Shown: positions 28,664 through 37,539 of the stretch, one piece after another
Numbering within the stretch: position 1 is the first letter of the stretch
Layout of the letters: each line of letters begins with the position of its first letter
NCBI GenBank assembly: GCA_013334745.1
Contig: JAAXWY010000002.1
Location: 35,421 to 99,420, forward strand
DNA: 64,000 bases
Direction of reading: 5' to 3'
From: Coriobacteriia bacterium
GTDB taxonomy: Bacteria; Actinomycetota; Coriobacteriia; Anaerosomatales; JAAXUF01
Notes under the pieces: generated by a model
What the model saw: only the letters and a program-made list of their open reading frames with translations
Database searches by the model: none
What the model was told of the DNA's origin: nothing
Position numbers and translations under genes: made by a program

Positions 28664-29776
28664 GTGTCGCAACTCCCTGTCATAAGCCTGTTCGCGGGCG
28701 CTGGTGGCCTTGACCTTGCCGTGCATAGATGCGCTGAGGCTCCGCTCGTGCAGGATGGGGCGGACGGCCCTCTGGAGACGGTTGTTGCAACGGACTGGGA
28801 CAAAGCTGCACTTGCGTCATTTGAGCGCAACTTCCCGGGGGTGCCAACGCTCCAAGGCGACATCAGACAGATGACGTCCTCAGGCATCATGAAGGCGGCC
28901 GGCCTCAGAAAGGGTGACGCATTCCTAGTCGTTGGGGGCCCTCCGTGTACGCCGTTCTCCAAGTCGGGCTTCTGGCTCGAGGAGAAGCGCACGAGTACTG
29001 ACCCCGACGCCTCGCTGCTCGACGAGTACGTGCGTGTCGTGCGTGACACTCAGCCCGCCGGGTTCGTGCTAGAGAACGTGCAGGGGCTAACCTACCGTAC
29101 CCACGCGAGCCAGTTCGCGAGACTACTTGGGCAGTTCTCCGAGCTTGGCTACAACCCCCAGTGGAAGGTTCTTCTGGCCGCTGACTACGGTGTGCCTCAG
29201 CTGCGGCGCCGGGTATTCGTTGTTGGTCGACGTGATGGCGTGCCGTTCGAGTTCCCGACTCCCACTCACGGGGGTATCAGCGAACGTCACGACAGCAGCG
29301 ATGAGAACCTGAGACCCTATGTGACTGCACGCACTGCGTTCAAGGGCCTTCGCACGAAGGCGGAGCCAGGCGAGATTGCTGACGGTGCGTACGGCGAGCT
29401 TCTGGCGAGTGTTCCACCCGGCCACAACTACTTGTGGCACACAGACCGTGGTGGCGGATCGCCAGTGTTCGGCTGGCGCAAGCGGTACTGGACGTTCTTG
29501 CTGAGGCTGGAGCCCGGTAGGCCGTCGACGACGGTGCAAGCGCAACCGGGCCCGTGGGTCGGTCCATTCCACTGGCAGAATGTGAGGAATGGGCAAGGTG
29601 AACTGCGGGCTCGGCGACTTCGGGTGCCGGAACTGCTAAGGCTTATGACCTTTCCTCCTACCTTCTATGCAGGCGAAGATCGCAGCACGGTCCAACGGCA
29701 AATAGGGAATGCGGTGCCCCTTGAGCTCGGGAAGGTCGTCATTCGCTCGCTATTGGAGCAGATGGGCGAACTCTAG
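28664..29776 (+). CDS. dcm: DNA (cytosine-5)-methyltransferase
   Basis: Motif I SLFAGAGGLD, motif IV GGPPCTPFS, motif VI FVLENV, motif VIII QLRRRVFVVG and motif X GNAVP are all present. Confidence 0.95.
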   Translation: MSQLPVISLFAGAGGLDLAVHRCAEAPLVQDGADGPLETVVATDWDKAALASFERNFPGVPTLQGDIRQMTSSGIMKAAGLRKGDAFLVVGGPPCTPFSKSGFWLEEKRTSTDPDASLLDEYVRVVRDTQPAGFVLENVQGLTYRTHASQFARLLGQFSELGYNPQWKVLLAADYGVPQLRRRVFVVGRRDGVPFEFPTPTHGGISERHDSSDENLRPYVTARTAFKGLRTKAEPGEIADGAYGELLASVPPGHNYLWHTDRGGGSPVFGWRKRYWTFLLRLEPGRPSTTVQAQPGPWVGPFHWQNVRNGQGELRARRLRVPELLRLMTFPPTFYAGEDRSTVQRQIGNAVPLELGKVVIRSLLEQMGEL

Positions 29777-29788
29777 TCGGGAGACAGC

Positions 29789-30856
29789 GTGAGAGTCGAC
29801 AAGGTTCAGGCACGAGAGACCCTGATGAAGGCAGTGGCTCTTGCGAAGTCAGACACCGCACTCCCAACTGAGTGGGAGGCCCATTCAGTAGCGCTTCGTG
29901 CCGACGCCATGCCAACTACGTACACGCCGTTCGTCTTCACGGCATTGTTAGCGAAGGCCACCAACCCAGCTGTTGATGCTCTGTCGATCAAGGCGGCAGC
30001 GGGACCTCGTGGCTACTCCGCACGTTCGCTCGCGAAGGACGTTGTGGTGCCAGTGGCCCAAGAGGTCGGCATCGATCTGCGCACGAAGGGGCCGGAGCCG
30101 CTCAACAACCAGCCGTTCTTCGCCTACTCGAGGGTCGACGCGATTGACCGCTCCAAGGACTCGGGCGCACTCGACTACTTGCTCTCCGCACTTCGCCGCG
30201 TAGAGTGTCTGGACGCACCTCAGGCGCTGCTTGCCCTGGCCGCTTTCGTGCGAACTGGCATCAAGCACTTCGATGGAGAGCGGATCCCGTATGTGGTGGC
30301 CGCCCGAGGTCTTGCGCAACTTCTACCAGCGGTTGAGGAGTTCCTCGCGGAGAATCCCGAGGGCGGTCAACGGGCGCAGGCCGTGGTTGCAGCGGCCATG
30401 TCGTGCGTGTTCACTGATGTGCGCACAGGACTAGTGAACGACCCGTCGCGACACCTGCCCGGCGACGTGGTGGTCTACGGCCGTCGCGACAACCCGATAC
30501 TGTCAATCGAAGTTCGAGCGAAGCTGGTAACGCCGGCTGACGCTGAGCGTTTCCGATCCCGTCTGATGGGTGCTGGCGTCCTCAAGGCACTCGTAGTCGC
30601 CTTGGCTGCACAGCAGGCACCCTTCGACTATGACTCGATTGTGGACCTCGGCACAGGGGAGACGGCCCCTACTCTGCAGGTTGTGGTTGGGCCCGTCGAC
30701 CTTCTCGCAACAGCAGCTACCTGGAGCCCCACGTCGGTTGACCAGTTCGCCAGCAACTTCCCCAAGCATCTCGCGGAGCGGCTTCTGCAGGTTGGTGCTC
30801 CGAGATCCACCGTGTCGCGGTGGGCTCGCTTGACCTACGACTTTCGGGAGGGATAG
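29789..30856 (+). CDS. putative type II restriction endonuclease cognate to the C5 methyltransferase (family not identified)
   Basis: Starts 12 nt after the methyltransferase stop on the same strand. There is a possible nuclease-like D...E..K stretch (PGDVVVYGRRDNPILSIEVRAK). The assignment rests on position only. Confidence 0.55.
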   Translation: MRVDKVQARETLMKAVALAKSDTALPTEWEAHSVALRADAMPTTYTPFVFTALLAKATNPAVDALSIKAAAGPRGYSARSLAKDVVVPVAQEVGIDLRTKGPEPLNNQPFFAYSRVDAIDRSKDSGALDYLLSALRRVECLDAPQALLALAAFVRTGIKHFDGERIPYVVAARGLAQLLPAVEEFLAENPEGGQRAQAVVAAAMSCVFTDVRTGLVNDPSRHLPGDVVVYGRRDNPILSIEVRAKLVTPADAERFRSRLMGAGVLKALVVALAAQQAPFDYDSIVDLGTGETAPTLQVVVGPVDLLATAATWSPTSVDQFASNFPKHLAERLLQVGAPRSTVSRWARLTYDFREG

Positions 30857-31124
30857 GTCGCGTCTAGTGCCGGAGCGCAGCGACGGCCTCCTCGAATGGG
30901 GTTCGGGGTTCTGAAATCGGTCTACGGCTATAAGCGGGTCATAGTGTTAATGGATTTCGGTTTCGTCAGATAAGTGCCCCCTACCCCTCGAGGGTAGTGG
31001 TCTTGAGGCCCGTTACTTCGGTGGCGGGCTTCTTTGCGTTCTGGCGTCGGTAGATCTGACGACAGGAAAGGAGGTGGTGCCGCGTCCGTCTGCGTTGAGT
31101 CCATATAGGAAGGAGGTGATCTCT

Positions 31125-31481
31125 ATGTCCAAGAAGTCGCTGAAGTCGAGAGGTGAGGATGCCGCCGCCGCGTACTTGGAGCGTTGTGGCATCTGCGTTG
31201 TCGAGCGTAGCTGGCACTGTGATGCCGGGGTGATCGACATCATCGCGTTCGACGTTGACACGCTGGTCGTCGTCGACGTGAAGACGAGAAGGGCGGCCCA
31301 GCAGGTAGGAAGCCAGGCCGTCACACCGGCAGTCACTCGTCGTGTCATTAAGCTCGCGGAGGCGTACCTCGAGTACGCCGAACTGCAGGACAAAGCGTGG
31401 CGCTACGACCGCATCGAGCTGCTCGTGATCTCCGAGGACCGGGCACTCCTACGTCACCATCGCGACGCACTGAACGCCTAG
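31125..31481 (+). CDS. yraN: YraN/UPF0102 family predicted endonuclease
   Basis: GEDAAAAYLERCG, then the PD-(D/E)xK-like stretch GVIDIIAF...LVVVDVKTRR. The ATG follows an AGGAAGGAGG RBS. Confidence 0.8.
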   Translation: MSKKSLKSRGEDAAAAYLERCGICVVERSWHCDAGVIDIIAFDVDTLVVVDVKTRRAAQQVGSQAVTPAVTRRVIKLAEAYLEYAELQDKAWRYDRIELLVISEDRALLRHHRDALNA

Positions 31482-31639
31482 CACCACCACCGACGGGAGC
31501 CGATCTCCCATAGGTGCGCACCACCGAGGCCGTACAGGATCCCCTGTGCGGCTCTTCTTGTACTTTCAGTCCGAATAGCGAAGGGCCCTTGGTGCTCGTT
31601 GCCAGGGGCCTCTTCGCGTTCACGAGAAGGAGTCATGAC

Positions 31640-32092
31640 ATGACACCCGCCGAAGTGAAGTCCACCGCCAGCGCCGACCTCGTCGACATGCTCACCCACC
31701 TGCGCCCGTCAGGCGATGCGGTGGCATGGCTTGCCGCTGTCATCTCCGATCCTGCCGCTGTCGAAGGCGTGGCCGAGCTGCGCCGTCGCTATGCCCCTGA
31801 GCCGAGTTTCCCGGTCACCGGTTCCGGTCGCATGTCAGGTGCCACCACCGTCTTCATCGACCGTGGTCGCTGGAACGCGTTCTTCTTCCAGCGCCGCATC
31901 CCGCTCATGCACGTGGGTGCGCTCATGGAGCCTGAACTCTCGGAAGGCTGGGCCTCGGTCGTCGGTCACAAAGGACGTGCGGGCTTCGCGTCGATGGACA
32001 GCCTCGCCTGTGCACTCGACATGCACGTCGACGACTTGATCTGGCAGGTCGGCACTGACGCTGAACGTGAGCGTCTTGCCGCGTGCGTGTAG
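31640..32092 (+). CDS. hypothetical protein
   Basis: The ATG is 7 nt after a GAGAAGGAG RBS. 150 aa, no motif recognised. Confidence 0.5.
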   Translation: MTPAEVKSTASADLVDMLTHLRPSGDAVAWLAAVISDPAAVEGVAELRRRYAPEPSFPVTGSGRMSGATTVFIDRGRWNAFFFQRRIPLMHVGALMEPELSEGWASVVGHKGRAGFASMDSLACALDMHVDDLIWQVGTDAERERLAACV

Positions 32093-32353
32093 TTGTACTT
32101 GGTGCCCGTGAGTCGCTGGCGTCCAAGGTTCGCGTCTAGCGAGTACGGCTCTCCATGGATATTGAGATCTCGAGCCGTCGAGCTGCGTTCCTTGGTGCCA
32201 GCGTGTCCGCCGATGTGTCGAGCTTGGTCCGCTCCGTCGGGTCAAGCGTTCTCATCGGCAGGTAGGGCACCTCCCTCACGCACCACGCTCACATCTTCCA
32301 TCCACTCGTAGGCATCCCATCCGGGGTGCCTTCTCTCCTTCAAGGAGGTAGTC

Positions 32354-33262
32354 ATGCCGACAGGAGCAAAGCCGCCCCTGTTCTCCGAGTTCGCACTGCA
32401 GTGGCTTGCCACGCGTGCCGTCGTCGAGCTCAAAGCGTCAGCGTTTCGTGAGTACGAGACGATCGTGCGCCGGCACTTGATCCCCGAGTTCGGGTCCACT
32501 CCACTGCCGGAGCTTGCCCCTCAGCGCATCCAGGAATGGATCGCCGCTTCCATCGCCAACGGGGCTTCCCCTCGCACCGTGCGGAACCGCGTCATCGTGC
32601 TACGCCGGATACTCGACACGGCCGTCGACTACGGGGTCTTGTCTCGCAACGTCGCCCGGCTCGTGGGCTCCATCCACATCGAGCCTCGCGACAAGAAGTA
32701 CCTCGATCCCGGACAGATCCGCCTGTTGCTGGACGCCACGCCCTCGTCCTGGCGCTTGTTGCTGGCACTCCCCGCACTCTGCGGACTGCGCAAGTCCGAG
32801 TGCCTCGCCCTCGAGTTCGATGACATCAGCCCGGGCAGCATGAACATCCGGATCACCAAGTCCCTTCGTGGCGGTGTCGTGACGTCCACTAAGACGACGT
32901 CTTCGGTCTCTTCGGTCCCGCTGCCGGAGTCTTTGCTCCCTTTGATAGAGCAAAGGCGTAGGCAGGCACGCGGCCACAAGCTCGTGTTCTGCAGGTCAGA
33001 CGGCTCCCCGCTCTCGGACTCCACTCCGAACCGGGTGCTTTCCACCGCACTCGATCGGGCGGGGCTGCCACACATCCGTTTCCACGACCTGCGATCCAGC
33101 TGGACGATCGCCCATCTGCAGGCCGGCACCGACATCAAGACCCTCACGGCACTCGGCAGATGGTCCTCCCCGACCACGCTGCTCGAGACCTACGCCGCCT
33201 TCATCCCATCTGTCGGCACCGACGCAGTCCGGAAGGTGGATGCCATGATCAACGACCGATAG
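32354..33262 (+). CDS. tyrosine recombinase (phage-integrase family), internal to the island
   Basis: N-terminal SAM-like core-binding segment. The catalytic set is LRKSE (Arg), RFHDLRSSW (HxxR) and GRWSSPTTLLETYAAF (Trp/Tyr). Confidence 0.85.
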   Translation: MPTGAKPPLFSEFALQWLATRAVVELKASAFREYETIVRRHLIPEFGSTPLPELAPQRIQEWIAASIANGASPRTVRNRVIVLRRILDTAVDYGVLSRNVARLVGSIHIEPRDKKYLDPGQIRLLLDATPSSWRLLLALPALCGLRKSECLALEFDDISPGSMNIRITKSLRGGVVTSTKTTSSVSSVPLPESLLPLIEQRRRQARGHKLVFCRSDGSPLSDSTPNRVLSTALDRAGLPHIRFHDLRSSWTIAHLQAGTDIKTLTALGRWSSPTTLLETYAAFIPSVGTDAVRKVDAMINDR

Positions 33263-33405
33263 AGCCGGGTGATGGCGCCCCGAGGGGTGGGGCGTCCACC
33301 GCCAACCAGAGTCGCACTCGCGGCTTACCCAGTTCTTACTACCAAGCCAAAGAAGGCCGGTCTCCCGATGCGGAGGCTGGCTTTCGCTATTCCTGGAGGT
33401 ACCTC

Positions 33406-34029
33406 ATGAAGTACGCAACAACCGACCGGCTCTCGGACGTGGAGCTCGTTGCCACGATCCTGGGACGGCAGTCACACGACGAGGCCGTCACCCGTCTCGC
33501 GACCGTGCTCGCGGTCGATGGCTGGATAGGCGGAGCACCCCTGGTCGAGATCGCCCGTGAGTACGGCACCATCGGACCGAAGAGCGTCGCCAAGCTCGAG
33601 GCTGCCGTGGAGCTCGGTCGCAGGACGCTTGCCGCTCGTGCCGCTCGGAAGGCCGATGTTATCTCGACCCCCGAAGATGTCGTCGCCCTCATCAAGCCGC
33701 TCGTGATCGGACTCGACAGAGAGATCTTCTGGTGCGCCTGCTTGGACACAAAGAACCGTGTCCTCAAGGTCGTGGAGGTCAGCGTCGGCAGCCTGAATGC
33801 ATCGATCGTGCATCCACGCGAACTGTTCAAGGAGGCCGTCATGGCTTCGGCCGCGTCCGTGGTGGTGTGCCACCAGCACCCCAGCGGAGATCCGACTCCG
33901 AGCGGTGCCGACATCCAACTCACCCGCAGGCTAGTCAAGGCCGGAGACGTGCTCGGCATCGAGGTCTTGGATCACGTCGTCATTGGGGGTGATGAGCATG
34001 CGTCGCTCAGAGATCTGGGACTCATGTAG
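33406..34029 (+). CDS. radC: RadC-like JAB/MPN domain protein
   Basis: HPRELFKEA and the VVCHQHPSGDPTPSGADIQLT JAMM motif. The ATG follows a TGGAGG RBS. The upstream ORF extension overlapping the recombinase gene was discarded. Confidence 0.9.
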   Translation: MKYATTDRLSDVELVATILGRQSHDEAVTRLATVLAVDGWIGGAPLVEIAREYGTIGPKSVAKLEAAVELGRRTLAARAARKADVISTPEDVVALIKPLVIGLDREIFWCACLDTKNRVLKVVEVSVGSLNASIVHPRELFKEAVMASAASVVVCHQHPSGDPTPSGADIQLTRRLVKAGDVLGIEVLDHVVIGGDEHASLRDLGLM

Positions 34030-34222
34030 CTGAGTCGCCAGGCAGCTTCACTTCGTTGCCATCCGCGTCGTAGAAGACGAGGGCTCCGAGCTCGAAGAGC
34101 CTCAACAGCGACTTCGCGAACTCCTGGCTCTCCGCCAGCGTGAGCTCATGGCCTTTGGCTGCCATGGCCGCTTGTATCGCTTCACCGAAGACGGGTGATT
34201 TCTGCTCGTCGTCTAGTTCCAT
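34022..34222 (-). CDS. hypothetical small acidic protein
   Basis: 66-aa ORF with plausible composition, but the RBS is weak and it overlaps the end of radC by 8 nt. Confidence 0.35.
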   Translation of the reverse strand: MELDDEQKSPVFGEAIQAAMAAKGHELTLAESQEFAKSLLRLFELGALVFYDADGNEVKLPGDSAT

Positions 34223-34325
34223 GCAGGTTCTATTCGTGTCAGTGACCCCGATCGCCTACATGGGTGGTCGGGGTCTTTGTCGTTTCGGCAGGGATGCCGG
34301 AACAGAGGAAAGGAGGTCGGTCCTG

Positions 34326-34736
34326 ATGACCGATCACTTCAAGACGCTTGGTCTCGAGCCAGGTGCGAAGCGGGTTGAGATCGAAGCTGCGTTCGAGGAG
34401 CAGCTCGCTGCCCGCAAGGCTCGTCGGCGCCGTACGTCAGATCTGCACGCCGCATTCGCAGTGCTCTCTGACCCGACGCTTCGTAGGGCGTATGAGTTGG
34501 CCCGGTTCGGGGAGGCCGCCAGCATCCGTGTCGCAGACGCCAAGGCCGTCACCATCGGTCGTGCCAGAGAGGTCGTCGCCCAGGTCGATGTGCAGGAGAT
34601 CGTTCACGACGCACGTCGACTCGGTCTCAAGAGTCTGGTGTTTGTCAGCAGGTGTACTGCTCGCGTGGCTGACGTGACTGCGGATGTGTCCCGCTCGATC
34701 CAGGTTGCTGCAAGTAGGGCGCTCGAGAACGAGTAG
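34326..34736 (+). CDS. J-domain-like protein lacking the HPD motif
   Basis: DHFKTLGLEPGAKRVEIEAAFEE...AFAVLSDPTLRRAYE resembles DnaJ helices I-III, but no HPD tripeptide is present. The ATG follows an AGGAGG RBS. Confidence 0.5.
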   Translation: MTDHFKTLGLEPGAKRVEIEAAFEEQLAARKARRRRTSDLHAAFAVLSDPTLRRAYELARFGEAASIRVADAKAVTIGRAREVVAQVDVQEIVHDARRLGLKSLVFVSRCTARVADVTADVSRSIQVAASRALENE

Positions 34737-34764
34737 AAGGACGGCCGGACAGGGAGCTGTGGGG

Positions 34765-34983
34765 TCAGTCCTGATCCACTTCTCCGGTCGGCGGCATCAG
34801 CAGTTCGGTGATGTCGACCTCGAGAGCAGTTGCCAACTTCTGCAGCGTGAGGATCGTCGTGTTTCTGCGACCTTGCTCCGCTTGCGAGATGTAGGTGCGC
34901 TCCAGACCGGCGAGGTGGGCGAGCTTCTCCTGAGTCAGGGAACGCTCGTCCCGCAGCTCCCTGAGCCGTTTACCGAAGTCCAT
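34765..34983 (-). CDS. XRE-family helix-turn-helix transcriptional regulator
   Basis: FGKRLRELRDERSLTQEKLAHLAGLERTYISQAEQGRRNTTILTLQKLATAL is a canonical HTH_3 domain. An upstream ATG at 35007 is an alternative start. Confidence 0.8.
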   Translation of the reverse strand: MDFGKRLRELRDERSLTQEKLAHLAGLERTYISQAEQGRRNTTILTLQKLATALEVDITELLMPPTGEVDQD

Positions 34984-35153
34984 GAGCTCTGCCTTCTGTT
35001 CTCGCATGGAGCGAGCATTGAGGCACTCGGTTCAGGGGTCTACGGTTCACAGGCAACGTGGTACACAGGCAACATATACTGATGCAACATCATTTCGCGT
35101 TCGTGCTGGTGAGATGTGGCATCTGCAACATCGTTGCGACGAGGGGAAGCAAC

Positions 35154-35297
35154 GTGAAAGTTCTTCTCGGGACCCTGTTCATCGGCTTCGGGATCTTCTT
35201 GCTGTTCACGATCCCGCTATCGCCAATCAGCCTGCTGCCGGCGGTCTTCTGTATCGGCGGCGGCTTTCGAGTAATCACCGGGAGCGGGTCGCTTTAG
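35154..35297 (+). CDS. possible small two-helix membrane protein
   Basis: GTG start after a GAGGGGAAG RBS. 47 aa, mostly hydrophobic (LLGTLFIGFGIFLLFTIPLSPISLLPAVFCIGGGF). Divergent from the XRE gene. Confidence 0.3.
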   Translation: MKVLLGTLFIGFGIFLLFTIPLSPISLLPAVFCIGGGFRVITGSGSL

Positions 35298-35343
35298 GGC
35301 GGGTCGCTCCTCATCCCTTTCAGCTCTTGCGACAGGAGCGACT

Positions 35344-36384
35344 ATGGATCTCTACTGGATTGACGCTGAGTGTGGCCAGCCCGAGCGCAGAGTGCGTGTG
35401 GGCGGCGAGTGGATGGGCGCCTATTCTTCGCTTACGGAGGCACTAGATGCCTGCTTGAACTGGTGGCGTCCGATGCATGAGAGTCGGTTGGGATGGTTCC
35501 AGTTGCGTGAGCGACACGGTGGCGACGTCGCCCTCGTCTGCGACATCAGCCCAGCAAATCAAGCCGCCCGCTGCGTCGTGGACGAAGGCGGCAGTTTCCT
35601 GGACTCCGGTCTGAGATTTCGAGAGACGAAACAGAGGTTCTGGGTTGTCCAGTTCTCGGAGGCATGGGCCACGGCGAATCATGACCGCTTCACCGCCTGG
35701 CTTAGACAAGGCTCCCCGTTCCCGCACAACGAAATCGACTTTGAGCGCACAAGAGTCCGTGCAGCCGAAGCCGCGAAGGCATTGGCATCAAGCGTTGCCG
35801 ATCGCGACCAACGTATAGGCCAGGCGCTCGAGGCCTGGAGTAGCGCTGAGCCTGAGGACTCGGATGTGCTGTTCTGCGATGAGCTGCAACCATCGCTGAC
35901 CTTTGCGACGAGGTCGGCGACAAGGACCGGCGATTGGAGCGTTGACGCTGTCACGCTCTCCGACTGGCACCTCGTGATCACCACGGCATGGCTTGCACTT
36001 GAGGACATCGACGCCGATTCACCCGAGCTCCGCACGGATGTCCGAGCTGTCGGAGAAGCCCTGCTCTGCATGTTTGCGCTATCGGGCGATTCGGCTGCAG
36101 CAGCAAGAGCCGCGTGCTCACTGGAGGCGCTTTGCTCGCTCAAGTGGATGAATCCGCATGTGCGTGATTCCCTCAGTGCGATCTTGCCGCACTTGAAGGC
36201 CAGTGATCTTCCAGGATGCCGGCAGCACGCAATCGAAGCACTGGGCCACTCGATAGCGGTGAACGACTCCGGGGATTGGTTGTGGTGCAGCAACTGCGAA
36301 GGCGATTGGGAGGGTGGCGGCTGGCCAAAGTGGCCGCGATCCTGTCCACTTTGTGGCGTCAGCTTCTACGACCCACGGACATGA
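35344..36384 (+). CDS. hypothetical protein with C-terminal zinc-ribbon-like CxxC...CxxC
   Basis: 346-aa ORF ending in WCSNCEGDWEGGGWPKWPRSCPLCG. No other motif recognised. Confidence 0.6.
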   Translation: MDLYWIDAECGQPERRVRVGGEWMGAYSSLTEALDACLNWWRPMHESRLGWFQLRERHGGDVALVCDISPANQAARCVVDEGGSFLDSGLRFRETKQRFWVVQFSEAWATANHDRFTAWLRQGSPFPHNEIDFERTRVRAAEAAKALASSVADRDQRIGQALEAWSSAEPEDSDVLFCDELQPSLTFATRSATRTGDWSVDAVTLSDWHLVITTAWLALEDIDADSPELRTDVRAVGEALLCMFALSGDSAAAARAACSLEALCSLKWMNPHVRDSLSAILPHLKASDLPGCRQHAIEALGHSIAVNDSGDWLWCSNCEGDWEGGGWPKWPRSCPLCGVSFYDPRT

Positions 36385-36435
36385 AGCGGATTGCAGTCGG
36401 GGTGCAACCGTTCGCCCAACGAACAGGAAGGCCAA

Positions 36436-37107
36436 TCAGGCGGTGCCGCCGATGAACGGATCACTCATCGGGTCGAAAGGCGCATCACTCTCGCCGGCTG
36501 CATGCTGCTTGCCGAGCAGGTACATCTCGATGGCACGGAGCTTCCCGCCCGACAGATATTCTGCTCGTTTCCGCATCCGGTCGACTCCTGCTACCAACTC
36601 GTCTTCAAGTCGCCTCTGACGGCCTCTCAGGCGGTCTAGATACAGGTTCGCGAGGCGGCTCTCCCGCGTTGCTTTCGCCCACGAATCGCGTCCTTGCATC
36701 ATCAGCAGCATCGAGTGGTTCAGCCGAGTGATGCACCTCGTTCTCTGCAGATCGATGTTGAGCGCTTCGGTGGCGAGTGCATCGAAGTCCTCCACGTCCG
36801 GCCATATCTTGAGGGCGGCCCACGTCTCGTGGAACTGAGCCAGGAATCGGCGGCTGAACTCCTGTTCCCAAGGACAAGGATCGCCGACAGTTGTGGAAGG
36901 GTAGCCGGCATCGCAGTAGCGGTAGTGGCAGCGACCGGTCCCTGGGCATGGGATAGGCCCTTCGAGGTGCGTTGCGTAGTTGACACTGTTGAACCTGCTG
37001 AGGCCGTAGTTGCCGGCCGGTTCGTGTCCAGATCCGCTATTTCGCTCCGATACATTCAGTGTCCCCGCACACGGGGAGGTGTTGTCCTGATGTGTGGCTG
37101 CGCCCAT
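36436..37107 (-). CDS. hypothetical Cys-rich protein
   Basis: 223-aa ORF. It has the Cys cluster CPGTGRCHYRYCDAGYPSTTVGDPCPW followed by a helical C-terminal half. Confidence 0.5.
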   Translation of the reverse strand: MGAATHQDNTSPCAGTLNVSERNSGSGHEPAGNYGLSRFNSVNYATHLEGPIPCPGTGRCHYRYCDAGYPSTTVGDPCPWEQEFSRRFLAQFHETWAALKIWPDVEDFDALATEALNIDLQRTRCITRLNHSMLLMMQGRDSWAKATRESRLANLYLDRLRGRQRRLEDELVAGVDRMRKRAEYLSGGKLRAIEMYLLGKQHAAGESDAPFDPMSDPFIGGTA

Positions 37108-37356
37108 CGACCTACTCCTCGGCCGAGTCTTGATGGCACATCGTGCTGTAGCCCGGGCACGTCGGCGCTCTTCGACAACGTAGGTCGGTCGCCGAATCGC
37201 GACTCGGTTCGGAGGCTGAACCGTACGCCATCTCCACGATCTCGTCGGCGATCGCCAGAAGGAAGCTCCTTGGCTCGGACTCGGTGCTCGCGTTCTTGGT
37301 GCCGCACATTGGCTGCTCCCTTCGGTCGGCGGTCGGCCAGGCCATCTCCGACGCCT

Positions 37357-37539
37357 CTACTGCAGCACCGCCAATGCGAGTACGAGCAGGTTCAACGCGA
37401 TCAGGAATGCGATCAGCTCGATGGTCAGCCGAGCGGTCCTGTCGGCCATCTCGATTGCGAGCTCGAATCGTGCGTCGGCTTCTTCCATCGACTGTCGATG
37501 CGTGTCAGTCACGGAGTCTCCTTCACTTGGCGCCGTCAC
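37357..37539 (-). CDS. small tail-anchored membrane protein
   Basis: 60 aa with a C-terminal hydrophobic helix (LTIELIAFLIALNLLVLALAVL). The start abuts the stop of the Rep-like gene. Confidence 0.4.
   Translation of the reverse strand: MTAPSEGDSVTDTHRQSMEEADARFELAIEMADRTARLTIELIAFLIALNLLVLALAVLQ

Noticed and set aside
30857-33405. A third copy of the tRNA-Ala-derived att core, which would show two tandem islands
   Set aside because: Reading the intergenic stretches 30857-31124, 32093-32353 and 33263-33405, I found no match to the GGTGGAGACGAAGGGGCTCGAACC core. A proper repeat search is still advisable.
34326-34736. Calling the 136-aa island protein a functional DnaJ co-chaperone
   Set aside because: The helix I-III resemblance is present, but the essential HPD tripeptide is missing, so only a J-like fold is claimed.
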